A stretch of 64,000 bases of DNA. It comes from a virus. Lineage: Duplodnaviria; Heunggongvirae; Uroviricota; Caudoviricetes. Made by a program: the position numbers and the translations under genes. Shown piece after piece: positions 28,959 to 39,392 of this stretch; the stretch's first letter is position 1; every line of letters begins with the position of its first letter. Below the pieces are notes generated by a model, which saw only the letters and a program-made list of their open reading frames with translations, was not told where the DNA came from and made no database searches. The DNA lies in IMG/VR virus record IMGVR_UViG_3300010163_000013, positions 1 through 64,000 of that record; one strand, given 5' to 3'.

Positions 28959-29609
28959 ATGATATATTTAACAGGAGATTGTCATGGTGATTTTACCAAA
29001 TTATTTAATTTAAAAAATAAATTAAATAATAATGATTATGTTATAATATTAGGTGATTTTGGTTATTGGAATAAATCACAGACAAATATTTTTGATAAAA
29101 TAGAAATTAAATTAAATTTTAATATTTTATTTATAGACGGGAATCATTCAAATTTTAGTTTATTAAATGCGTTGCCTATATACAAATGGAATGATGGATA
29201 TGTTCATTATATAAGAAAAAATATAATACATTTAATGAGAGGAAATGTTTTTAATATAGAATATAAAAAATTCTTTACTTTTGGTGGTGCAAAGTCAATA
29301 GATAAAGAATTTAGGATAGAAAATAAAAGTTGGTGGAAAGAAGAATTACCCAATGAAAATGAAATTCATTACGGATTAAATATGTTAGAAGAGAACAATT
29401 TTAATGTTGATTACATATTAACTCATGATTGCCCAACTAATATTTTAAATAAAATAGATACATCTTATAAACCTAGCGTATTAAATAATTATTTTAATAT
29501 GATAAGTGAAAGTACAAAGTTTAAACATTGGTATTTTGGACATTATCATATAAATCAACAAATAAATAAATATACTTGCCTATATGATAATATTATAAAA
29601 ATTAAATAA
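28959..29609 (+). CDS. Calcineurin-like metallophosphoesterase.
   Basis: LTGDCHGDF, ILGDFGYW, IDGNHSNF, LTHDCP and FGHYH, in the canonical order of the metallophosphoesterase motifs. Confidence 0.7.
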   Translation: MIYLTGDCHGDFTKLFNLKNKLNNNDYVIILGDFGYWNKSQTNIFDKIEIKLNFNILFIDGNHSNFSLLNALPIYKWNDGYVHYIRKNIIHLMRGNVFNIEYKKFFTFGGAKSIDKEFRIENKSWWKEELPNENEIHYGLNMLEENNFNVDYILTHDCPTNILNKIDTSYKPSVLNNYFNMISESTKFKHWYFGHYHINQQINKYTCLYDNIIKIK

Positions 29610-29622
29610 TAAGGTGATTTTA

Positions 29623-30117
29623 ATGAAACGGTTAGTAAGACTTAGTGATATATTTTATCACGCTACTAATAATGAAAATTTTAGTATTAGTAATGATTAT
29701 CAAAACACACAACAAGAAATGGGTCCAGGTTTATATATAACAAATAAAGACTATATATTAAAATGGGATAATTTATTACAACATAGAGATTATATTGTTG
29801 AAATGGAAGGTAACCTTAATATAATAAAAGAAGAAAATATGCCGACTTCACATCAAATGGCAAAAGAATTAATAAATAATGGGTGTACTATAGAAGATGT
29901 ACGCAAAGAAAAAAGTTTAATATCAGGGGAAACGTTTAATAGAAATATAACAGATATTGCAACAAAAAGATTGTGGAGTAAAATGAAAGGATATGATGCC
30001 ATTGAACCATATTTTGATGAAGGTTATCAATTATTGGTTTTAAATACAAACAAATTAACAATTAATAATATAAAAACATTTGATGATTTTTATGATAGTT
30101 TAAAATCTTCTTATTAA
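29623..30117 (+). CDS. Hypothetical protein, MKRL-leader family member 4.
   Basis: N-terminus MKRLVRLSDIFYHATNN. Confidence 0.5.
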   Translation: MKRLVRLSDIFYHATNNENFSISNDYQNTQQEMGPGLYITNKDYILKWDNLLQHRDYIVEMEGNLNIIKEENMPTSHQMAKELINNGCTIEDVRKEKSLISGETFNRNITDIATKRLWSKMKGYDAIEPYFDEGYQLLVLNTNKLTINNIKTFDDFYDSLKSSY

Positions 30118-30193
30118 TAAAAATAATATATTGACATTCTAATAATTTTATGTTATATATAATTATAGAAAATATTTAAGGAGGAATACCAAT

Positions 30194-30673
30194 ATGAAAA
30201 GATTAGTAAAAAAAGCAGAAACGATAACTTATACATTGATAAGTACAATGATAGCACATGAATATAACAATACAACAAAAGAGGATCTCGATTATGAAAT
30301 AACAAATAGTAATTTTGGTTATTTTAGCGAATTATCTAATTATGTTAATGATGATATGAGTAAAATGGGACCTAAAGGTTTGGCAGAATATATTGATGAT
30401 GATATGCAATCTATTATTGATTCTATTATTGTTAAAATTGATGGAGCTAAGGCAAATGCGGTTGTAAAAGCAAACCGAAAACTAACAAATGAAGAATTAA
30501 ATGTTGTTAAAGATTTTATTATAGGAGAATATGCCGATGGATGGGGAGAAGGTTTCGAACAAGGTATTATTGAAACCTATGATATAGAAAATGAAAATAC
30601 CCATGAATGGGAAACTATTGAAGTATATGTTTCATTCTGGGGAGATATTACTTATAGATGGCAGTTTAATTAA
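30194..30673 (+). CDS. Hypothetical protein, MKRL-leader family member 5.
   Basis: Shine-Dalgarno site AAGGAGG. N-terminus MKRLVKKAETITY. Confidence 0.55.
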   Translation: MKRLVKKAETITYTLISTMIAHEYNNTTKEDLDYEITNSNFGYFSELSNYVNDDMSKMGPKGLAEYIDDDMQSIIDSIIVKIDGAKANAVVKANRKLTNEELNVVKDFIIGEYADGWGEGFEQGIIETYDIENENTHEWETIEVYVSFWGDITYRWQFN

Positions 30674-30689
30674 TAATATTTTTAAATAA

Positions 30690-30718
30690 AAGAAAGGTAA
30701 TTAATTACCTTTTTTTTA
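30690..30718 (+). terminator. Rho-independent terminator.
   Basis: AAAGGTAATTAATTACCTTT, then TTTTTT. Confidence 0.8.
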
Positions 30719-30878
30719 TTTTTTGTTAAATTATTTAAAAAATATATTTACATTTATATTATAAAATATTATTTTATAAATAAAAAATTATGGAGAATTA
30801 TAATTAAAAAATCATTTTAATTGATGAACTTATTAATAGTTTGGAATTTATTTAACAACAGAAAGGAAGATTTATAAT

Positions 30879-31061
30879 ATGCAAAAAAATATACTAATAT
30901 TAATAAATAAATATAACATACAATGTAATGAAATTATATCTATTATAGATAAAAAACCCATTAATGAAATAAGAGCGTTACAAAAAACAATTATAAATGA
31001 TTTAAACAAATTAGCAAAAGAAATAGAACAATATGAAAATTGTATGTTCAGATTGCCATAA
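30879..31061 (+). CDS. Hypothetical small protein.
   Basis: Shine-Dalgarno site GAAAGGAAG. Confidence 0.4.
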   Translation: MQKNILILINKYNIQCNEIISIIDKKPINEIRALQKTIINDLNKLAKEIEQYENCMFRLP

Positions 31062-31214
31062 TTTAAAAATAATATTATTATAAAGTATAAAGAAGTTTTT
31101 TGATTTCTAAAAAAAATGCAATTTATTATAAATATATGGTAATATATACATTGAAAGCAGTTTATTTGAGGACTTTATTTAGCAATAAAATTATAAAAAA
31201 AGGGAAATGTGATT

Positions 31215-31772
31215 ATGAAAAAAGTTTTAATGTATTTATCAGCATTTTTGCCTATGTTGTTTATTGTTTGGATAAAATCAATAATAATATTAATTATTGA
31301 TATTTACAACGGTAGAAATAGTTGGGACTTTAAGGAAAATATTTTAGTAGTAATAGGATTAATATTTTTTATTGTAATTTATTTCTTTTTTTTATTATTT
31401 TTAAAAAACAATGAAAAGATGGCAACTATAAAAATAAAAGTCTTGAATGTATCTAATAAAACAGGGGATTATTTTTTAGGTTATTTATCTTTATTTATGA
31501 TTTCATTAATTGGATTTTCTTTTGCTAGTATTGAAGATATGGTTGTTGCGTTGCTTACATTAATATTTTTAGGAATAGTTTATATAAAAAATGATTTATA
31601 CTATATTAATCCAACTATATATTTAACAAAAAATTATATTTACAAATTAAGTTATAAGTATAACGAAAGATGTCAAACTATTATTGCTATTACAAATAAA
31701 AAATTAAAAGATGGAGATATAATTGATATATATTTGTCTGATTATAAATTTACATTTGTAAAAAAATCATAG
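31215..31772 (+). CDS. Integral membrane protein with about five predicted TM helices.
   Basis: Hydrophobic stretches LMYLSAFLPMLFIVWI, VVIGLIFFIVIYFFFLLFL, LGYLSLFMISLIGFSFA and VVALLTLIFLGIVYI. Confidence 0.5.
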   Translation: MKKVLMYLSAFLPMLFIVWIKSIIILIIDIYNGRNSWDFKENILVVIGLIFFIVIYFFFLLFLKNNEKMATIKIKVLNVSNKTGDYFLGYLSLFMISLIGFSFASIEDMVVALLTLIFLGIVYIKNDLYYINPTIYLTKNYIYKLSYKYNERCQTIIAITNKKLKDGDIIDIYLSDYKFTFVKKS

Positions 31773-31925
31773 CAGTATTTAATATATGTGATAGATAAAT
31801 AATGTTGTATATGAGGTACCAAATAAAAAATTTAATATTTAATAATCAAATTTAATTTTTAAAAATATATTTTATTTTATATATAAATGTGTTATAATAT
31901 AAGTAAAAAATTATGGAGGACTATT

Positions 31926-33974
31926 ATGAATACTATAGAAAAAAGAATATTACAATTACGAGATTTAATAAATAAACAAAATAATTTATATTTTAATAAA
32001 AATGCAAGCAATAATATCAATGATTCTTTGTATGATCAATTATTAGAAGAATTAAAATTATTGGAAAATAAATATCCTCAATATAAAAATGTTGCCTCTC
32101 CAACAATAAATATTGGAGAAAAAGCAGAGAATACTTTTAACAAAGTAGTACATACAATTCCTTTATTATCATTAGACAAGGTATTAACTTTTGATGATTT
32201 TATTATATGGTTAAGTAAAATGGTAGATAAAGGAGTAAACTTTTTTAATTTTCAATTTAAATATGATGGATTAGCTAACGAGTTAATTTATGAAAACGGA
32301 GAGTTAATTCAAGGTTCCACACGAGGAAATGGAACAATAGGAGAAGATAACACCGAAACAGTTAAATTGATACCTAATATTCCATATCACATATATGATA
32401 ATGATTTTAAAAATAATCAGGTTAAAATAATAGGAGAAATCATTCTTTTAAAAGAAGGGTTTAATATTATTAATAAGTCATTACCTAAAGAAAATCAATA
32501 TCAGAATATTAGAAATGCGACATCAGGTATTGTAAAGAATAAAATACCTAATGAAAATTTTATTAAATATTTACGTTTTATTCCTTATAATTTATATATT
32601 AATGATAAATTATGGTATTATAATTATGCAATATCTATGCAAAAAATTTCCCAATGGTTTAAAGATGATTTACTTAATGTTACATTGATTGATAAATTTA
32701 ATGAACAAATCAATCTTAATGATTATAATTTATTTAATCTTAAAATAAATTTAGTGAATAAAAATAATATTGATTTTTTAAAAGAAAAATTTGATATGTA
32801 TTATAATCAGAGAGAAAATCTTGCTTTTAATATTGATGGTATTGTAATAAAAGCGATTCATTATGATGATTGGAATATGTTAGGAACTAACAAGAAATAT
32901 CCTAATTATGCCATTGCATATAAATTTCCTGCTATGACTGCTATATCTATTTTAGAAGATGTTGAGTGGTTATTAGGTAATAAAGGCAACATTACTCCAA
33001 GAGCTAAAATTAAACCTGTTAATATAGGTGGTACAACAATTACAAATCCCACATTGCATAATGTAGATATTATTAATAAGTTAGATTTAAAAATAGGGGA
33101 TCATATTATTGTTTCACGTCATGGGGACGTTATTCCTGAAATTGATTCTGTTATAAAAGAATTACGAATAGGAAATGAAAAAGAAATTATCATTCCTAAT
33201 ACTTGTCCCGTGTGTGGTAGTGTTTTAAATAAAAAAGGTACTTTTATTAGATGTGATAATGTTTATTGTGAAGGAAGAAAGTTAAACAAGATTGAGCATT
33301 TTATTAAAGCTATGAAAATTGATAATTTTGGTTCAGCATTAATTGAAAAATTATATAATAGTAATATTATTAAAGATTTTACTGATATTTATAGGTTGAC
33401 TTTGGATCAATTATTATGTATTGATAGGGTTGGTAAAAAATTAGCTACAAAGATTATTAATAATATTGATAAGTCTAAAAATAATACATTAGATAAAATT
33501 ATTAATGGATTAATGATACCTAATGTATCTATTGAAAAAGGTAAAATATTAATGAATAAATATATTACATTAAATAAACTTATTAAATGTACTTATGAAG
33601 AATTAATTGTTTTACCTACTTTTGGAGAGGTTATAGTGAATAATATTCTAAATTATTTAAGTAATGATAACAATATCAGTTTAATAAATAAATTAATTGA
33701 ATTAAATATTATCGGCGAGCAAGAAGAAATATTGAAATTTGGTTTAAACAATCGGTCTTTTTGTTTTACTGGAAAATTAAGTATATCAAGAAGTGAATTT
33801 GAAAAAATTATTACAACTAATAATGGAGTGATTAGTTCTATAAAAAAAAGTACAGATTATTTAATTATTGGTGATGGAGCAAAAGAACATAAAATTGAAA
33901 AGGCAAAAAAATATAACATTAACATTATAACAGAAAATGAATTTTATAATTTAATAGAGAAAGAGAACATATGA
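31926..33974 (+). CDS. ligA: NAD+-dependent DNA ligase.
   Basis: Adenylation motif FQFKYDGLANELIYENG (KxDG). A zinc finger CPVCGSVLNKKGTFIRCDNVYC, HhH repeats and a C-terminal BRCT domain (FCFTGKLSISR...YLIIGDGAKEHKIEKAKK). The start is the ATG at 31926, after GGAGGA. Confidence 0.85.
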   Translation: MNTIEKRILQLRDLINKQNNLYFNKNASNNINDSLYDQLLEELKLLENKYPQYKNVASPTINIGEKAENTFNKVVHTIPLLSLDKVLTFDDFIIWLSKMVDKGVNFFNFQFKYDGLANELIYENGELIQGSTRGNGTIGEDNTETVKLIPNIPYHIYDNDFKNNQVKIIGEIILLKEGFNIINKSLPKENQYQNIRNATSGIVKNKIPNENFIKYLRFIPYNLYINDKLWYYNYAISMQKISQWFKDDLLNVTLIDKFNEQINLNDYNLFNLKINLVNKNNIDFLKEKFDMYYNQRENLAFNIDGIVIKAIHYDDWNMLGTNKKYPNYAIAYKFPAMTAISILEDVEWLLGNKGNITPRAKIKPVNIGGTTITNPTLHNVDIINKLDLKIGDHIIVSRHGDVIPEIDSVIKELRIGNEKEIIIPNTCPVCGSVLNKKGTFIRCDNVYCEGRKLNKIEHFIKAMKIDNFGSALIEKLYNSNIIKDFTDIYRLTLDQLLCIDRVGKKLATKIINNIDKSKNNTLDKIINGLMIPNVSIEKGKILMNKYITLNKLIKCTYEELIVLPTFGEVIVNNILNYLSNDNNISLINKLIELNIIGEQEEILKFGLNNRSFCFTGKLSISRSEFEKIITTNNGVISSIKKSTDYLIIGDGAKEHKIEKAKKYNINIITENEFYNLIEKENI

Positions 33975-34176
33975 ATAAATTTGATTTAACAAAAAAACAT
34001 CAATGGTTGCACCAACAGCCATTGATGTGAAGGTTATGCTGAAAGCATAACCGTTGCGACAATTAATCATTCTTAACTATGGTTATATTTTAGCATATCT
34101 AAAAATTAAAATCAATATCTTTTTTTAATTTAATTTTTGGAAGTAAAAAATAACAAAAAAATTTTTAATAATAATT

Positions 34177-34407
34177 ATGATGTGTTTCACTCATTTTTCT
34201 TATTTTAAACCAACAGATATACGAATAACCTCTCTTAATAGAATAGATAAAGATATACTTGATAAGCATAATCAATATAATATAATGTTTTCTATTAGAC
34301 AAAAAGATAAATTAGGAAACCATTTTACTCATGAAAAAATTATAAAAGTAAACAATGATTTATTAGATTGGGTAAAAAGTTTGCCTAATATCAATAATTA
34401 TTTATAA
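34177..34407 (+). CDS. Hypothetical protein.
   Basis: ORF of 76 aa. Confidence 0.35.
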   Translation: MMCFTHFSYFKPTDIRITSLNRIDKDILDKHNQYNIMFSIRQKDKLGNHFTHEKIIKVNNDLLDWVKSLPNINNYL

Positions 34408-34452
34408 TAAAGACATTACATTATTATATATAAATAATGGGTGATTTAAGAA

Positions 34453-34746
34453 ATGAAAATTAAAAAAGAAGAATTAGTTAATAAAATTAAAAATAAAAAT
34501 CCTGATTTAAGTTTAGAACAAATTAATAGAGTTTTACAAAGTATATTTGATGAAATTACATTAATTTTAATTAATGGAGATTCTTATAATCAAATTAATT
34601 TTGGTAAATTTACAACAGTGCAACGTAAGAAAAAGATTGCAAGAAATTTAGAAACTAAAGAACCTATTATTGTTGACGCTCATATAGGAGCTAAGTTTAT
34701 TGTTTCCAAAACATTAAAACAAAAATTGAAAGGAGAAAAAAATTGA
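34453..34746 (+). CDS. HU/IHF-family DNA-binding protein, copy 2.
   Basis: LEQINRVLQSIFDEITLIL...NFGKFTTVQRKKKIARNLETKEPIIVDAHIGAKFIVSKTLK. Confidence 0.7.
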   Translation: MKIKKEELVNKIKNKNPDLSLEQINRVLQSIFDEITLILINGDSYNQINFGKFTTVQRKKKIARNLETKEPIIVDAHIGAKFIVSKTLKQKLKGEKN

Positions 34747-34758
34747 AAGGAGAAAATT

Positions 34759-35232
34759 ATGGATACATATTGTGAATATATTATACAACATAAGGACAAT
34801 ATAAAAAAGGCATTTAATAAATATGGTAATACTTTATGTAAACAGTTAAAGATAGATTATTTTAAATTGAAAAAAATAATAGAAGCACATGATATAAGTA
34901 AGTTAGATGAAGAAGAATATGAAGCATATAGACAATATTATTATCCTAAAAATAATGAAACACCAAATAAAAAATTATTTTATATTGGATGGTTACATCA
35001 TCAAAATCATAATAAACACCATCCAGAATATTGGACATTAAGAGATAACAAAAAAATAATTGCTTTAGATATGGATAATTACAGTATTGCTGAAATGTTA
35101 TTGGATTGGTATGCGGTAGGTATGGATAAAGAAAGTAACACTTATGATTGGTATATGAATAATAAGGATACTCTTGTTTTTAGTAAAAAAACAAGAGCAA
35201 AAGTAAATGATTTAATTAATATATTTAGGTAA
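34759..35232 (+). CDS. Putative HD-like metal-dependent phosphohydrolase. The evidence is weak.
   Basis: IEAHDISK and WLHHQNHNKHHPEYW form a His and Asp cluster. Confidence 0.3.
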   Translation: MDTYCEYIIQHKDNIKKAFNKYGNTLCKQLKIDYFKLKKIIEAHDISKLDEEEYEAYRQYYYPKNNETPNKKLFYIGWLHHQNHNKHHPEYWTLRDNKKIIALDMDNYSIAEMLLDWYAVGMDKESNTYDWYMNNKDTLVFSKKTRAKVNDLINIFR

Positions 35233-35236
35233 GATT

Positions 35237-35764
35237 ATGAATATTATATTTTTAGATATAGATGGTGTTTTAAATTCAGCAGCATATTTTAATTCAATAA
35301 TAGATAATAAAAGTAAATACTATGAAATTAATGAATATAATTTAAAAATATTATCAACAATATATCATAATAACAATGCAATTATTGTTTTATCTTCAAC
35401 GTGGCGAAATTTAATTGGTAAACATAAAAATACTGAATCTATTAATATGTATAACTATTTATTAAACTCACTAAATAAATATAATATGAAAATATTAGAC
35501 CATACACCTTATATTAAAGGGAATAGACCATTAGAAATATTAACATATTTACAAAAGACAAACGAAAATATTAATTTTATAAGTATTGATGATGATTTTA
35601 CAAAAAAGCAATATGATTATTATGGTATAGGTAATCATTTAATACGAACAATATATTATACAGATAATTTATTAGATGGTGGATTACAACCAAAACATAT
35701 ACAAGAAGCTGATAATAAGTTTCAAATTAATTATAAAGAAAGGAAATTAAAATATGAAAAATGA
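35237..35764 (+). CDS. HAD-superfamily hydrolase-like protein, possibly a nucleotidase or phosphatase.
   Basis: N-terminal MNIIFLDIDGVLNS (HAD motif I, DxDGV). Confidence 0.45.
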   Translation: MNIIFLDIDGVLNSAAYFNSIIDNKSKYYEINEYNLKILSTIYHNNNAIIVLSSTWRNLIGKHKNTESINMYNYLLNSLNKYNMKILDHTPYIKGNRPLEILTYLQKTNENINFISIDDDFTKKQYDYYGIGNHLIRTIYYTDNLLDGGLQPKHIQEADNKFQINYKERKLKYEK

Positions 35765-36257
35765 TTATAAATCTCAAATGAAACAAGTTACTATATATAC
35801 AGATGGTGCTTGTAAAGGTAATCCAGGTAATGGTGGTTATGGAGTTGTTTTATCTACACAAGTAAATGGTAAAATATTTACAAAAGAATTATCACAAGGT
35901 TATATATTGACAACTAATAACAGAATGGAATTATTAGCCGTTATTAAAGCTTTGGAGGTATTAAAATATCCTTGTAATGTTAATTTATATTGTGATAGTA
36001 AATATGTTGTAGATAGCGTAAACAAACAATGGTTAAACAATTGGGAAAAAAATAATTGGCAAAAAGGAAACAGTGAAGTAAAAAATGTTGATTTATGGAA
36101 ACGGTTAATGCCTTTATTAAAAACTCATAATATAAATTTCTTTTGGGTTAAAGGTCACAATAATGATAAAGACAATGAAAGGTGTGATTATTTAGCCTCT
36201 AATGCCCTTAAATCGAACAATTTACTGATAGATGAAGAATATATCAAAACATTATAA
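35754..36257 (+). CDS. rnhA: Ribonuclease HI.
   Basis: VTIYTDGACKGNPGNGGYGVVL, ELLAVIKALEVL and VNLYCDSKYVVDSVNKQWLNNW. Confidence 0.85.
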   Translation: MKNDYKSQMKQVTIYTDGACKGNPGNGGYGVVLSTQVNGKIFTKELSQGYILTTNNRMELLAVIKALEVLKYPCNVNLYCDSKYVVDSVNKQWLNNWEKNNWQKGNSEVKNVDLWKRLMPLLKTHNINFFWVKGHNNDKDNERCDYLASNALKSNNLLIDEEYIKTL

Positions 36258-36296
36258 AAAAACACTCATAAAGTCATATAGAAAGGATTATAGGCT

Positions 36297-36704
36297 ATGT
36301 CTTTAATAAGAAATATAAAGAATATATTTAGAAAAATAAAAAATGTATGTTATTTAATGAAACATGGATATAGCAAACATGAATTATATAGTTTTAATAT
36401 AGCATTATATGAAAAATTAATTGATATTCTTAGTAATAAAGAATATGATTATTATTGGAATGTACCTTATAAATATGTTGATACAATGAATGTGCTTAGT
36501 TTGACAGAAGAACAGCAACAAGCGATAATTGATACATTTATATTTCATTTAAAAATGTGTGACGAATACTTTGTTATCAAAACATTATATAACACTAATG
36601 ATTTAAATGATTCAAAAATAGATTATATGTATGTAGCAGAAATCCTAAGACAAAATGAAGACCGAGCTTTAACATTATTAAGATATTTTATAAATGATAT
36701 TTAA
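36297..36704 (+). CDS. Hypothetical protein.
   Basis: ORF of 135 aa. Confidence 0.4.
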   Translation: MSLIRNIKNIFRKIKNVCYLMKHGYSKHELYSFNIALYEKLIDILSNKEYDYYWNVPYKYVDTMNVLSLTEEQQQAIIDTFIFHLKMCDEYFVIKTLYNTNDLNDSKIDYMYVAEILRQNEDRALTLLRYFINDI

Positions 36705-36732
36705 AATTTTTTAAAATGGAAAGGGTAAAATA

Positions 36733-38388
36733 ATGAAAAAAATATTTAAATTAATGATTAAAGAAAAATTATATTTTTTTATAATGTTATTACAATTTAT
36801 ATGTTCTTTTTGCTATGCTACAGAAAATATAGTAGTAAAAGATGTAGTTGATAATATACATAATGATAAATTGTTGTCATTATGTATATTTCTTTTTTTA
36901 TTAGTTAGTTTACGTATAATATCAAAAACGATAAACATAAAATATCAAAAAAAAGTTTCTAATAAATTTTTTATTAAATTTTCAGAAGATATTATGAAAA
37001 AATTGTCAAGTATTGATTATCAAATTTTTATTAGTTATAAAACAGGTGATTTAATCAATTTATTAAAATCAAGAGTAGAAACAGTTGCACGAAGCGGAAT
37101 ATGGTTTATTTTCAATATTAATTATATTATTTTTGATTTTGTATTTCTATTAGGGAGTATATTTATACTTAATATTTATGCAGGATTTATATTTTTAATC
37201 ATATTTACCATTTCAATAATTATATTAGCAAATATTTCAAAATTATATGAAAAATATAATGAAGTGTACATCAAATATGACAATAAATTAATGAATAAAA
37301 TTAATAATTTTATATTAGGTTTTGAAACTGTACGAACATTTAATAGATATAAATTTGAAAAAAATAAATGTATAAAAAATATTAAAGTATTAAATACGCT
37401 CAATTTAAAGACTGCTATTTTAAATAATTTTATTAATGTATCCATATTTATTATATATTATGTTTGTTTTTTTGCATTAGTATTTATAGCGTTGTTTATA
37501 GATATAAATATTTCTACTTTTCTTATAATTGTATATATTATGGATTGTATGTTTGGCCCTTTATTTAGTTTAATATCGTTATTAGACAATTTTCAAAACA
37601 TTAATGTGTCTATGGGTAAGATTACTACATTTTTAAGTGAACATAATAAAATTGTTGATGGCAAGAAACAAATAGACGAATTTAAAAAATTAGAAATTAA
37701 AAATTTATATTTTAAATATGATAGTGTTGATGTCTTAAAGAATATTAATTTAAAAATAAACAAAAATGAAAAAATAGGAATATGCGGTATATCTGGTGGA
37801 GGCAAATCTACATTAATTAAAATATTAAATAGATATTTTGATGTAGACAGAGGAGATATATTAATAAACAATATTTCTATTAAAGAAATTAAGCTATCTA
37901 ATTTAAAGCAAATTATAGGATTAGTACAGCAAACTCCTTTTTTATTTAATGATAGCATTATAAATAATATAAAATATGGAAATTTAAACGCTACAATAGA
38001 TGATATAATAGAAATTACAAAACAAGTAAATATGTATGATTTTATTCAAACTTTACCTAAAGGGTTAAATACAGAAGTTGGAGAACGAGGAATAAAATTA
38101 AGTACAGGGCAGCAACAAAGAATAATAATAGCAAGAATGTTATTAAAAAATCCTGATATAATTATATTTGATGAAAGTACATCTTCTTTAGATAATGAAA
38201 ATGAAAAAATTATACAAGAAGTTATTGAAAAAATTAATAAAACTATTATTGTAGTAGCACATAGATTAACAACAATACAAAATTGTGATAGAATTATATT
38301 AATAGATGATAATATGATACAGGAAGAAGGCAGTTATGAAGAATTAATGAATTTAAAAGGTAAATTTTATAAGTTAAACAATAAATAA
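36733..38388 (+). CDS. ABC exporter with a fused 6-TM permease and ATPase domain.
   Basis: Hydrophobic N-terminal half. Walker A GISGGGKSTLIKIL, signature LSTGQQQRIIIARMLL and Walker B IIIFDESTSSLD. Confidence 0.8.
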   Translation: MKKIFKLMIKEKLYFFIMLLQFICSFCYATENIVVKDVVDNIHNDKLLSLCIFLFLLVSLRIISKTINIKYQKKVSNKFFIKFSEDIMKKLSSIDYQIFISYKTGDLINLLKSRVETVARSGIWFIFNINYIIFDFVFLLGSIFILNIYAGFIFLIIFTISIIILANISKLYEKYNEVYIKYDNKLMNKINNFILGFETVRTFNRYKFEKNKCIKNIKVLNTLNLKTAILNNFINVSIFIIYYVCFFALVFIALFIDINISTFLIIVYIMDCMFGPLFSLISLLDNFQNINVSMGKITTFLSEHNKIVDGKKQIDEFKKLEIKNLYFKYDSVDVLKNINLKINKNEKIGICGISGGGKSTLIKILNRYFDVDRGDILINNISIKEIKLSNLKQIIGLVQQTPFLFNDSIINNIKYGNLNATIDDIIEITKQVNMYDFIQTLPKGLNTEVGERGIKLSTGQQQRIIIARMLLKNPDIIIFDESTSSLDNENEKIIQEVIEKINKTIIVVAHRLTTIQNCDRIILIDDNMIQEEGSYEELMNLKGKFYKLNNK

Positions 38389-38449
38389 ATTTATTATAAT
38401 ACCTTTACATAAAGATATTAAAAGTTATATTGTAACAATAAATATTAAA

Positions 38450-38492
38450 AGGATGTAAGATAAGAGAAATATATCTTACATCTTTTTATTTT
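38450..38492. terminator. Bidirectional hairpin terminator.
   Basis: GATGTAAGATA...TATCTTACATC, then TTTTTATTTT. Confidence 0.75.
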
Positions 38493-38514
38493 ATAATACG
38501 TTTTAATAGTTTTT

Positions 38515-39018
38515 TTAATTAAGAAAAGACAAATTCCTTTTTAATCTTTTGCCCATAATATTAATAACATATTGTTTTGGATTATCAACCGTAGTAGATT
38601 CTTGTATAGCTATTGGTAACATTATAAATAAATCATATAATTGCATAAAATTATTTAAACTTTCATTATTATAATTTGTTTTTATCACTTTAATAATAAT
38701 ATCTTTTGCTATATTATAATTTTTATAGTTAGAACATTTTTTATATAAGTCTAAAAATGCCTTACATTCTTTGCTTTTTGTATTCATTTTATTACATAAG
38801 CATTCAATTATTTCCCATTCTTCTAAAGAATGATAAGTATTAAGTAAATCTTTGTTGCAATTTGAATTTAAAGTAGCTATATTTTTTAATATATCTATCT
38901 TTTTACTTTTGTAATTTTGTCTTAATTCAGTTGCTAATTCATCATTAAGACAAAAATGATTTATTAAATTTTCAATTTTCTTTTTTTTGGTTTTTAACAA
39001 TAAAATTTTTATATTCAT
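38515..39018 (-). CDS. Hypothetical protein.
   Basis: ORF of 167 aa on the minus strand. Confidence 0.4.
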   Translation of the reverse strand: MNIKILLLKTKKKKIENLINHFCLNDELATELRQNYKSKKIDILKNIATLNSNCNKDLLNTYHSLEEWEIIECLCNKMNTKSKECKAFLDLYKKCSNYKNYNIAKDIIIKVIKTNYNNESLNNFMQLYDLFIMLPIAIQESTTVDNPKQYVINIMGKRLKRNLSFLN

Positions 39019-39392
39019 ACTATCACCTTTCTTTTTATGTTTTTAATAAAATCCTTTAATTGTATTATAAAATATTTTTATAATTTTGTCAATAATATTT
39101 TTAAAAATTTATCAAATAACAGTATATTATATAATATATTGTTTGCAATTATTCAAATAATAATATATAATTTTATTTATATTATAAAAAATTAAAAAGT
39201 AGGGAGGCAATCTATATTTAAAAGAACATTAAAAGCATAAGAGTTTTTCGCTTTTAAGTATATTAGAAAAACTAATAAATATAAGTTTAACGTGTGATAT
39301 GATAATATAAGAAAATATTTATAATCAACGACAAGAAAAATACATATTAGATATTAAGGTCTCAAAAATTTTAAGCAGTTAAAAACTATTAG

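Noticed and set aside
33985-34080. tRNA gene at the GC-rich hairpin region.
   Set aside because: No acceptor-stem, D-arm, anticodon-arm or T-arm arrangement could be drawn. No GTTC and no CCA-proximal pairing. It is retained only as an unexplained structured element.
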